DNA of 64,000 nucleotides from Cyanobacteria bacterium P01_A01_bin.123. Lineage in GTDB: Bacteria; Cyanobacteriota; Cyanobacteriia; Phormidesmidales; Phormidesmidaceae. Every line of letters begins with the position of its first letter. Position 1 is the stretch's first letter. Below are positions 41,162 to 49,581 of this stretch, in pieces. Under the pieces are notes generated by a model, which saw only the letters and a list, made by a program, of their open reading frames with translations, made no database searches and had not been told where the DNA came from. The stretch is taken from NCBI GenBank assembly GCA_039815185.1, contig JBCBZT010000018.1:1-64000 (forward strand). Reading direction: 5' to 3'. Position numbers and translations under genes: made by a program.

Positions 41162-41935
41162 ATGGGGTTATTTGATCGCGTTAGCCGCGTTGTCCGGTCT
41201 AATCTCAATGCAGCTGTCAGTGCTGCAGAAGATCCAGAAAAGATCTTGGATCAGGCAATTATTGATATGCAGGAAGACCTGGTGCAAATGCGTCAAGCGG
41301 TTGCAGGCGCGATTGCCAGTCAAAAACGAGTGCAGCAGCAGTATGGGAAGGCTCAGACTGAAGCCGAACGTTGGAAATCTAGGGCCCAATTAGCCGTTCA
41401 AAAAGGTGATGAAAGCCTTGCCCGTGAAGCGCTGGTTCGCAAGAAAAGTCAGGCCGATACTGCTGCCGCCCTTAAAACACAATTAGATCAGCAAGCTGGA
41501 TCTGTAGATACTCTGAAGCGTAACTTGATTGCTCTGGAGAGCAAAATCGCTGAAGCGAAGACGAAAAAAGACATGCTTAAGGCACGTTCTAGTGCTGCCA
41601 AAGCAAATGAAAAGCTCCAGCAAACCATGGGCAATTTAGGCACAAGCAGTGCCATGGGCGCATTTGAACGGATGGAAGATAAGATTTTGCAGATTGAAGC
41701 AAAATCTCAAGCAGCCCAAGAATTGGCCGGAGCCGATTTAGAAAGCCAATTTGCAGTCTTAGAGTCAGGCAGCGATGTGGACGACGAATTGGCTGCCTTG
41801 AAAGTGCAGATGTTAGGTGGGAGCACCACTGACCAAGCTCAGCTACCGGCTTCTGAAGCGCCCCAATCTGCGCCTCAAGATGCGGCTGTCGATGAAGAGT
41901 TAGAGGCGCTGAAGACTCAACTGGATGAACTGTAA
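41162..41935 (+). CDS. vipp1: Vesicle-inducing protein in plastids 1 (PspA/IM30 family)
   Basis: MGLFDRVSRVVRSNLN, AEDPEKIL, AFERMEDK, extra C-terminal helix VDEELEALKTQL. Confidence 0.92.
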   Translation: MGLFDRVSRVVRSNLNAAVSAAEDPEKILDQAIIDMQEDLVQMRQAVAGAIASQKRVQQQYGKAQTEAERWKSRAQLAVQKGDESLAREALVRKKSQADTAAALKTQLDQQAGSVDTLKRNLIALESKIAEAKTKKDMLKARSSAAKANEKLQQTMGNLGTSSAMGAFERMEDKILQIEAKSQAAQELAGADLESQFAVLESGSDVDDELAALKVQMLGGSTTDQAQLPASEAPQSAPQDAAVDEELEALKTQLDEL

Positions 41936-41990
41936 CGGATAACTCTAGTACTCAAATCTGTTTGAGTGCTCAGATTGAGGTGAATTTGTT

Positions 41991-42020
41991 AAAGCTCGGC
42001 GATCGCCGAGCTTTTTTGTT
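41991..42020 (+). terminator. Intrinsic terminator after vipp1
   Basis: Perfect palindrome AAAGCTCGGCGATCGCCGAGCTTT followed by TTTGTT. Confidence 0.85.
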
Positions 42021-42186
42021 GATACCCCACTCTCACGTTTCCTTCGTTGAAGGTCTGCAAAGGCATTCCCAGAAAACACGCAAATCGGTAAGCCTTTCCT
42101 CTACTCTTGATTAAGGAGGAAGGGTTAAGATTTGATTGCTCTACCTCCGACTGATTTGATTAATGTGAAGGGCTCAGGGATTTGTT

Positions 42187-42525
42187 ATGAGTGATGCAGT
42201 CACCCCGATTACGGATACTGATTTCGCCGCTGAAGTGTTGGCCGCTGATAAGCCTGTATTGGTCTACTTTTGGGCGACCTGGTGTGGTCCATGCCGTTTA
42301 ATGTCTCCTATTATGAGTGATTTGGCTGTGGCCAACGGCGATCGCTTAAAGATCGTCAAAATGGAGGTTAACCCCGATTCAACGGCAGTCGCAGACTATA
42401 ACGTTGAGGGCGTACCCGCCTTAAGGTTATTCGTTGGGGGAAAGTTAGTTGAAACCAGGGAAGGGGTGATGAGTAAACCCCAAGTGGAACAACTGCTTAC
42501 AAACCACTTGTCCTCCATGGCTTAA
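42187..42525 (+). CDS. Thioredoxin
   Basis: VYFWATWCGPCR, VEGVP. Confidence 0.93.
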   Translation: MSDAVTPITDTDFAAEVLAADKPVLVYFWATWCGPCRLMSPIMSDLAVANGDRLKIVKMEVNPDSTAVADYNVEGVPALRLFVGGKLVETREGVMSKPQVEQLLTNHLSSMA

Positions 42526-42556
42526 GACTGCTTAGCAACCTTTCAGATTTAAAGTT

Positions 42557-43729
42557 ATGCAAATTGCTCGACGGTTAGCCCCCCTCCAGCGGAATGTTTT
42601 TGCGGATATGGATCGGGCCAAAGCTAAAGCTCGATTGGCTGGACGAGAGATTATTGATCTATCTCTGGGTTCCTCTGATATCCCTGTGGCTAAACCGATT
42701 TTAGATGCGATCGCGGCCTCTCTCTATGACCCGACGACTCACGGCTATTCTCTATTTCAGAGTACCCAACCCTTTCGTCAGGCCGTTGCCGATTGGTATA
42801 CCCGAAAGTATGGGTTGCCAGTTGATCCGGAAACGGAAGTATTGACTTTAATTGGATCCCAAGAGGGCACAGCCCATTTGCCCCTGGCAATTTTGAACCC
42901 AAAGGATTTTGCCCTGCTCATGGATCCGGGGTATCCCTCCCATGCTGGAGGCGTACATTTGGCCGATGGACAAATCTATACAATGCCGTTGCGCGCCGAG
43001 AATGAATTTCTTCCGGTCTTTTCAGAGATTCCATCTGAGGTGATAGACCAGTCTCGGATGATGGTTTTGAGCTATCCGAATAATCCCACAACTGCCCAAG
43101 CGCCCCTAGATTTTTGGCAATCGGCAGTGGCCTTTTGTCAGACCCACAACATTGTGTTGGTTCACGATTTTCCCTATACCGATGTTGTATTTGACGGTGA
43201 TCATGCCCCTTCGGTATTCCAGGCTGATCCAGAAAAATCAGTGTCGATTGAATTCTACAGCTTCTCCAAGTCTTACAATATGGGTGGCTTTCGGGTCGGC
43301 TATGCCATTGGTAATGCTGAGCTGATCAAAGCACTACGTCAGGTCAAAGCCAATGTTGATTTTAATCAGTACCGTGGCATTCTCAACGGTGCGATCGCGG
43401 CTTTATCAGGGCCCCAGTGTTATGTTCAGCAAACCGTTGATACCTTTCGTCAACGTCGGGATGCATTTGTCCAGGCGATGCACAACATTGGCTGGGCGGT
43501 ACCAACCCCAACCGCCACGATGTACATCTGGGCTCAATTGCCCCAACCCTGGGCTGAACGCTCTATGGAGTTTGCTGTGAAGCTAGTTGAGACAACTGGT
43601 GTTGCAGTCTCACCAGGTTTTGGATTTGGTAAATCTGGCGAAGGTTACGTGCGTTTTGCACTCGTCCATGAACCAGAGACGCTAATCACAGCAGTTGAAC
43701 GCATGGCTCAGTTTCTCAAATCAAAATAA
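42557..43729 (+). CDS. Class I/II PLP aminotransferase (LL-diaminopimelate aminotransferase-like)
   Basis: GSQEG, YPNNPT, HDFPY, SFSKSYNMGGFRVG, GEGYVRFAL. Confidence 0.88.
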   Translation: MQIARRLAPLQRNVFADMDRAKAKARLAGREIIDLSLGSSDIPVAKPILDAIAASLYDPTTHGYSLFQSTQPFRQAVADWYTRKYGLPVDPETEVLTLIGSQEGTAHLPLAILNPKDFALLMDPGYPSHAGGVHLADGQIYTMPLRAENEFLPVFSEIPSEVIDQSRMMVLSYPNNPTTAQAPLDFWQSAVAFCQTHNIVLVHDFPYTDVVFDGDHAPSVFQADPEKSVSIEFYSFSKSYNMGGFRVGYAIGNAELIKALRQVKANVDFNQYRGILNGAIAALSGPQCYVQQTVDTFRQRRDAFVQAMHNIGWAVPTPTATMYIWAQLPQPWAERSMEFAVKLVETTGVAVSPGFGFGKSGEGYVRFALVHEPETLITAVERMAQFLKSK

Positions 43730-43760
43730 ATGCCTAATCGTAATGGCCTTGGTTGCGGCC

Positions 43761-44165
43761 ATGGCCGAAGCTCCGATGCCTCCCTCTGAGTCTAAAGGAC
43801 GAATCCTAGTTATCGAAGACGACGCAGCTAATCTCAAGCTACTGGTAGATTACCTTGAGCACCTTAATTACGCAGTGCTCGGGTTAGAAGAAGGTCGCCG
43901 TCTACTCCAGCATTTGACGTCTTTTCGACCCCATGTGATCTTGCTCGACATTAAGCTGCCGGGACCTTCCGGGTATCATTTGATCCAACAGGTTAGACAA
44001 CATCCCCTCTGGCAAAGGCTACCAATTGTGGTACTTTCCGGCTATGCGTTTGCCACCGATCGACAAAAAGCCCTTGATTTGGGGGCCAACGACTATCTGG
44101 TTAAACCCGTAAAGCTCCAACAGCTGAGACAGCGAATTGAGCAAGCCTGCGATTTAAGTCCCTAA
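43761..44165 (+). CDS. Single-domain response regulator
   Basis: ILVIEDD, LLDIKLP, GANDYLVKP; start uncertain. Confidence 0.88.
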   Translation: MAEAPMPPSESKGRILVIEDDAANLKLLVDYLEHLNYAVLGLEEGRRLLQHLTSFRPHVILLDIKLPGPSGYHLIQQVRQHPLWQRLPIVVLSGYAFATDRQKALDLGANDYLVKPVKLQQLRQRIEQACDLSP

Positions 44166-44345
44166 ATCCTCAGTATCTTCCGTATTCAGGTAGTCTTCGA
44201 CGGTTTGGCTCAGGGAATGAAGGGCATCTCCAATGCCATTGACCCGAGTCTCCAATTGGGAGACAACTAAAACTAAGGTTTGTAGTTGGTTGAGTACATC
44301 GCTGATCTCTTCGCGATATTGCTGTTCAAAGGTTTGCTTATCCAT
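44154..44345 (-). CDS. Small coiled-coil hypothetical protein
   Basis: 63-aa ATG ORF with heptad pattern. Confidence 0.6.
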   Translation of the reverse strand: MDKQTFEQQYREEISDVLNQLQTLVLVVSQLETRVNGIGDALHSLSQTVEDYLNTEDTEDLGT

Positions 44346-44779
44346 TGGGATTAATCGATTTCAGGAAGGAACACACCGACACCCCTGGATCGATCCTTGA
44401 TCAAGCTCAATCCGAGGTATCTTCCCATTAATTCACAATCTGAAGAGCAAAATACCAAGAAAGTTTTGTAAATTATCAAAAAAATACGTATCCTTTAATG
44501 CTATTAAGGGGACTTTACATTCGTAGATTTTGCATCGATCGGCCAATTCAGTTAAATGCTGTGCTGCTTTCAGGCTAAAGCAAAGATCAGATTGTCCTCT
44601 TTTTCTCGTGGCAGTGGTGGCAAGAGTATGTGTAGTATAAATTACCTCTATGGCTAAGTATTTATTCTGTGGGAGAATTCTAGGGCTAAGATCTCGTTAG
44701 TCTCCTTAGTTATTCGCCATGAGCACCATCACCGAGCGTAAAAGCCAAGTGCAGCGCATCCAAAAGTTGGGCTTTGGAG

Positions 44780-44887
44780 ATGGCTCCCCTAGTCAGTCTG
44801 ACTGATTTGGCAGTGCTTGGCTCTCAAGAGAATCCGCTCAGCGATCGCGCCTGTCCACCACAATCCGAGACAATCTGCTCGTTCTGA
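44780..44887 (+). pseudogene. LRR gene relic (last repeat plus C-cap only)
   Basis: Manual translation MAPLVSLTDLAVLGSQENPLSDRACPPQSETICSF* matches the C-terminus of the neighbouring LRR genes. Confidence 0.8.
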
Positions 44888-45087
44888 GCCCTGCATGCAA
44901 TTTCATGGCTTTTGGGGGAATGATGCGATCAAGGCAGCAGGGAAAAACTGTATAGGTTCTCTAGCCTGTGAGATAAGAAAACTTGTGAAGGCCAATAGGG
45001 TTTTGCTAGTTAAAGCGGTCATGCCGTAAGCGGGGTTCTCCCGAGCATGAACCCTTTGGAGGCCGCCGAAACTCAGGAGGAGTGGCC

Positions 45088-45244
45088 ATGAAGCGCGCGA
45101 TCGCGATCGGTTTGCTGCCGATTTAATAGTGTCGATGTCACTCCCCTCAACCGCTTGACAAATTTAGAGGTGCTTTCTTTGGCGGGCAATGACATCAGCG
45201 ATCGCACTTGCCCCGTGCAACCCGAAACCGTTTGTCGGTTTTGA
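45088..45244 (+). pseudogene. Internally deleted LRR gene relic
   Basis: GGAGG RBS, MKRAIAIGLLPI* then VDVTPLNRLTNLEVLSLAGNDI-SDRTCPVQPETVCRF*. Confidence 0.85.
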
Positions 45245-45302
45245 CCCTGCCCCTGCCCGTGGCGGCATGGCTGCACAGAACACAAAACTAGGAGGTATGA
45301 CC

Positions 45303-46016
45303 ATGAAACCGATTCACATTGTTGGGCTATCGGTGCTTGTGGCGAATGTCGGTTGTACCAGCACTACAGACTTAAACAACAAAACTGCCTCAGAACCACC
45401 TGAATCACCAAAACCTGAAATCACGGCCCCAAATGAGACTGTATCAGCAACGGCTGAAGGGTTTGCCACCTTTGCCGACTGGTGTCTAAACCGAGAGAGT
45501 TTATCTCCAGAGGCGCTGCATACCGTTGAGCTGCTCTTAGAGAAAGCCGGAACTCAGGACTGTAGCTCAGCGCAAGAAAGTCTGGGCAATCTGAGTGACC
45601 TTATGCTCAGTAACAGCCAAGCTATAGAACTGGCACCGTTGGCCAGCCTGACCCACCTAAGCAGGCTTGACCTCAGCCGCAATCAAATTGTGGATGTGGC
45701 TCCCTTAGCCAACCTGACTAACTTGACTGGGCTTTATCTCAGCGATAACGAAATTGTAGATGTGGCCCCGTTAAATCGTTTGAACCGTCTGAGCGAACTT
45801 TCTCTGGCGGGCAATGACATCGCCGATGTGGCCCCACTCGCGAATCTGACTAACTTGGCCACACTTGATCTCTACAACAACGCCATTACAGATGTGACTC
45901 CCTTAGCGGCACTGAGCGAGTTGACCCTGCTTTACCTGGGCGAAAATCCACTCAGCGATCGCACCTGCCCTCTGCAACCCGAGACCATTTGCATCTTCTC
46001 TAACATCGTTCCTTAA
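45303..46016 (+). CDS. Internalin-like LRR lipoprotein (6 repeats)
   Basis: GGAGG RBS, lipobox NVGC, N-cap FATFADWCLN, 22-aa LRRs, C-cap NPLSDRTCP..ETIC. Confidence 0.88.
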   Translation: MKPIHIVGLSVLVANVGCTSTTDLNNKTASEPPESPKPEITAPNETVSATAEGFATFADWCLNRESLSPEALHTVELLLEKAGTQDCSSAQESLGNLSDLMLSNSQAIELAPLASLTHLSRLDLSRNQIVDVAPLANLTNLTGLYLSDNEIVDVAPLNRLNRLSELSLAGNDIADVAPLANLTNLATLDLYNNAITDVTPLAALSELTLLYLGENPLSDRTCPLQPETICIFSNIVP

Positions 46017-46198
46017 CAGCCTGAAACTATCTGTCAGTTATGACTCCCAAATGCGATCGCTTCAGGAAAAAATGGGATTAGGCAACAGAGAAAAACAGCA
46101 TAAGTTATTCGACTTGCGAAATAAGGAATCTGTGAGGGCCAATGGTGGCCTTCCTCAAGGGGCAACCTGGAATCCATAAAGCATCATGAAGAGTCACC

Positions 46199-47308
46199 AT
46201 GAAGGACGCGATCGCCATCGGCTTATTATTTTTTTTATGCGCGAATTGTGGAAATGTCATCGCTCAAAATGAGACTGCTTCAGACTCGTTTGAAACCTTT
46301 GCCGATTGGTGTCTGAATCAAGACCGTCTATCCCCAGAAGCTCAGCTTACCGTCGAGGCGTTATTAACTAGGGCTGGAACGCAGGATTGCAACCAGGCTG
46401 AAGCAGTGCTCACCAATCTGACCCAACTTACCTTTTATGGGGGTACCAGTGATGGCATCGTCGATCTTGCGCCCTTTGCCAGCTTGACCCATCTGACTGA
46501 GCTGACCCTCAATGGCCAAGGCATCGTTGATGTCACGCCTTTAGCCCGTTTGACCCAGCTGACCACGCTTGAACTCAATCAAAATAACATCGTAGACGTG
46601 ACCCCCTTAGCCGGTTTGACGAACCTGGCCAAGCTTGAACTGGGAGATAATCACATCGCGGATGTGACTCCCCTAGCAAGTTTGACTCAGCTAACCAAAC
46701 TTGACCTTAGCGGCAATGAAATTGTAGATGTCGCACCGCTCTCTAGCCTCACCAACCTAACCTGGCTGATGCTTGTAGGCAATCAAATCGTGGAGGTATC
46801 TCCCTTAGCCAGTCTGACCGATCTGGGATGGCTTTTTCTAGATAGCAATCAAATTACGGACGTCGCTCCCTTCGGGAGTCTGACCCAGCTAAAAGCGCTG
46901 TCTATTGGTAACAACCTAATTATTGATGTGACTCCGCTGGCCAACCTGACCGATTTAGATGCACTCTGGCTCCAAGGTAATCAGATTGCGGACGTTTCGC
47001 CGCTAACAAATATGACCGGTTTGTCGCTACTCTACATTGCGGATAATCAAATCACGGATATCGCCTCATTAGCGAATCTGACGAATCTAAACGAGCTTTG
47101 GCTCAATCACAATCAAATTGCAGACGTCGCTCCGTTAGCCAGTCTAACCAGACTTACGGAGCTTGACCTCAGCCACAATCAAATCGTGGATGTGAGCCCA
47201 TTAGCCAGCCTAATACATCTGACCGACCTTAATCTGCGTGAAAATCCGCTCCGCGATCGCACTTGCCCCGTGATATCCGACACCCCCTACACAATCTGCT
47301 GGTTTTGA
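46199..47308 (+). CDS. Internalin-like secreted LRR protein (13 repeats)
   Basis: Signal MKDAIAIGL, FETFADWCLN cap, 22-aa LRRs, NPLRDRTCP. Confidence 0.9.
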   Translation: MKDAIAIGLLFFLCANCGNVIAQNETASDSFETFADWCLNQDRLSPEAQLTVEALLTRAGTQDCNQAEAVLTNLTQLTFYGGTSDGIVDLAPFASLTHLTELTLNGQGIVDVTPLARLTQLTTLELNQNNIVDVTPLAGLTNLAKLELGDNHIADVTPLASLTQLTKLDLSGNEIVDVAPLSSLTNLTWLMLVGNQIVEVSPLASLTDLGWLFLDSNQITDVAPFGSLTQLKALSIGNNLIIDVTPLANLTDLDALWLQGNQIADVSPLTNMTGLSLLYIADNQITDIASLANLTNLNELWLNHNQIADVAPLASLTRLTELDLSHNQIVDVSPLASLIHLTDLNLRENPLRDRTCPVISDTPYTICWF

Positions 47309-47371
47309 CCCCCTTTACTTGAGCGCTGCTGTATTCGCGACAAGGGCTCCCCATCTCCCTGCAAAAACAGC

Positions 47372-47890
47372 TCACGCCTCACCATGCACATATAAATCGA
47401 AGTACTCATCAGTGTCGATGTTGTAGTGAATCTGAAAGTAACAGTCTCCCCCATCCAGAGGAGGCCCTCCCCCATCCATTAAATCCTCGACTGAGGCATT
47501 GCAGAAAAAGCTGGTATAGATAATTGCTTCACCATCAGTAGTGAAGTAGCCAAAATACTGACGGCCATAGTCTGGCAGCGCTTCCTCCAAAGGCCGCACT
47601 GGGTTAAAGCCAACGCCATCGCTCAATCGCTCGTCTGTGAGCAGGGCAGGCAGAATCTGCGCTTCCAAGTGGGCAATGTCTGCGGCAGAAGGTGACCAAA
47701 ATTCGACAGTGTCGGCAGTCATAGGTATATCAAGGCGTTGCCGCTCTGCCTCAGCGGCACTAAAGATCACACCAAGGTAGTCTGGCTCTTGAATCAAAGT
47801 TGTCGGAGGTGCAGGTGTCTCCACCGCGCATCCGGCCAGACTAATCGCAATGGGCATAACGATGGTAAAGAACAGTCTTGAAAGTGGCAT
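47372..47890 (-). CDS. Hypothetical lipoprotein
   Basis: Lipobox LAGC; YGRQYFG, DGGDCYF motifs. Confidence 0.75.
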   Translation of the reverse strand: MPLSRLFFTIVMPIAISLAGCAVETPAPPTTLIQEPDYLGVIFSAAEAERQRLDIPMTADTVEFWSPSAADIAHLEAQILPALLTDERLSDGVGFNPVRPLEEALPDYGRQYFGYFTTDGEAIIYTSFFCNASVEDLMDGGGPPLDGGDCYFQIHYNIDTDEYFDLYVHGEA

Positions 47891-48173
47891 CTTGATTTCT
47901 CTCCCATTTGCTCGAAGCTATGTCTGAGGCGATTCAGGTGTGTTGCTCGTTCTGAGTGGGATTGGAGCCGATGCGATCGCCCTCAACAGCATTACTGTTG
48001 AGTTAACTTCACCGCCACCGCAGCCAGTTCTGGATCTCTCTAGTATTTGTTTGGACGGTGATCAAGTTAACTGCATAAGTTATTCGACTTGCGAAATAAG
48101 AAACCTTTGAGGGCCAATGGCGGCCTTCCTCAACGGACAACCTGGAAGCCACAAAGCATCAAGAGGAGTCACC

Positions 48174-49265
48174 ATGAAGGGTGCGATCGCGATCGGTTTA
48201 TTATGCGCGAGTTGTGGAAATGCCATCGCTCAAAACGAGACTGCTTCAAACTCGTTTGAAACCTTTGCCGATTGGTGTCTGAATCAAGACCGTCTATCCC
48301 CAGAAGCCCAGCTTACCGTCGAGGCGTTATTAACCAGGGCTAGAACGCAGGATTGCAACCAGGCTGAAGCGGTGCTCACTAATCTGACCCAGCTTACCTT
48401 TTATGTGAGTACCAGTGAGGGCATCGTCGATCTTGCTCCCTTCGCCAGCTTGCCCCATCTGACTGAGCTGACCCTCGATGGGCAAGACATCGTCGATGTG
48501 ACCCCGCTCGCCAGTTTGACCCAGCTGACTCAGCTAACTCTCGCAGGCAATAATCTCACAGATGTGTCTCCCCTAGCCAGTTTGACGAATCTCGCGAAGC
48601 TTGACCTGCGAGATAATTGCATCGCCGATGTGGCTCCCTTAGCGAATCTAACCGAGCTGCTCCAGCTTGACCTCAGCAACAATGCGATTGTAGATATTGC
48701 TCCGCTTGCTAGCCTTACCCACCTGACCGCGCTGATACTTTCGGGCAATCAAATTGTGGAGGGGGCTCCCTTAGCCAGTCTGACCTATCTCAGAACGCTG
48801 ACCCTCGATGACAACCAAATTGTAGAGGTGGCTCCCTTAACCAATCTGACCCATCTCAGAACGCTGACCCTCGGTAACAATCAAATTGCCGATGTCACCC
48901 CATTGGGTAGTCTGACAAGTTTGGATGCGCTTTGGCTTTACGACAATCAAATCGCTGATGTCACCCCGCTAGCGAACTTGAGCGATCTGTCGTTGCTTTA
49001 CCTGGCAGACAACCAAATCACGGATGTCAGCCCGTTAGCGAGCCTGACACAGCTCAATGAGCTTTGGCTTTATGACAATCAAATTGCAGACGTGGCGCCG
49101 CTAGCGAGTCTGACCAATCTTATCAAGCTTGACCTCAGCCAAAATCAAATTGCCGATGTGAGTCCGTTAGCGAGTCTGACATATCTCAGCAAACTGGATC
49201 TGGGTGAGAATCCGCTGCGCGATCGCACTTGCCCCGTGCAACCCGAAACTATCTGTCAGTTCTGA
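48174..49265 (+). CDS. Internalin-like secreted LRR protein (13 repeats)
   Basis: GAGGAG RBS, MKGAIAIGL, near-identical 5' part to the 46199 gene, C-cap NPLRDRTCPVQPETICQF. Confidence 0.9.
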   Translation: MKGAIAIGLLCASCGNAIAQNETASNSFETFADWCLNQDRLSPEAQLTVEALLTRARTQDCNQAEAVLTNLTQLTFYVSTSEGIVDLAPFASLPHLTELTLDGQDIVDVTPLASLTQLTQLTLAGNNLTDVSPLASLTNLAKLDLRDNCIADVAPLANLTELLQLDLSNNAIVDIAPLASLTHLTALILSGNQIVEGAPLASLTYLRTLTLDDNQIVEVAPLTNLTHLRTLTLGNNQIADVTPLGSLTSLDALWLYDNQIADVTPLANLSDLSLLYLADNQITDVSPLASLTQLNELWLYDNQIADVAPLASLTNLIKLDLSQNQIADVSPLASLTYLSKLDLGENPLRDRTCPVQPETICQF

Positions 49266-49429
49266 TGCCCGAACGCGATCGCCTCTGAGACCAGGAAGCA
49301 AGGCCATACTGCATAAGTTCTCCGGTCTATGACATGGGAAACCTGTGAAGGCCAATGGTGGCTCTCTGCTTGGGGCATGACTTCTGCAATTCAAAATCGC
49401 AAATCCATAATTGATCACACCCTTGAGTT

Positions 49430-49487
49430 CTATCTATAATATTTGTTTTGCAAATATTATAGATAGTTATTTATATAAATTACTTAT
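49430..49487. promoter_or_regulatory. Perfect inverted repeat and LysR-type box upstream of flv4
   Basis: CTATCTATAATATTTG-TTTTG-CAAATATTATAGATAG (16-bp arms) and ATAA-N5-TTAT at 49475-49487. Confidence 0.55.
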
Positions 49488-49581
49488 CAAAAGCTTTTAA
49501 GATTGACATTTTACAGTTGGTGGGGCGAGCGCAATTATAAAGGTAAGCCTATCGACCACTCAGAAAGGATAGACAAACTTC

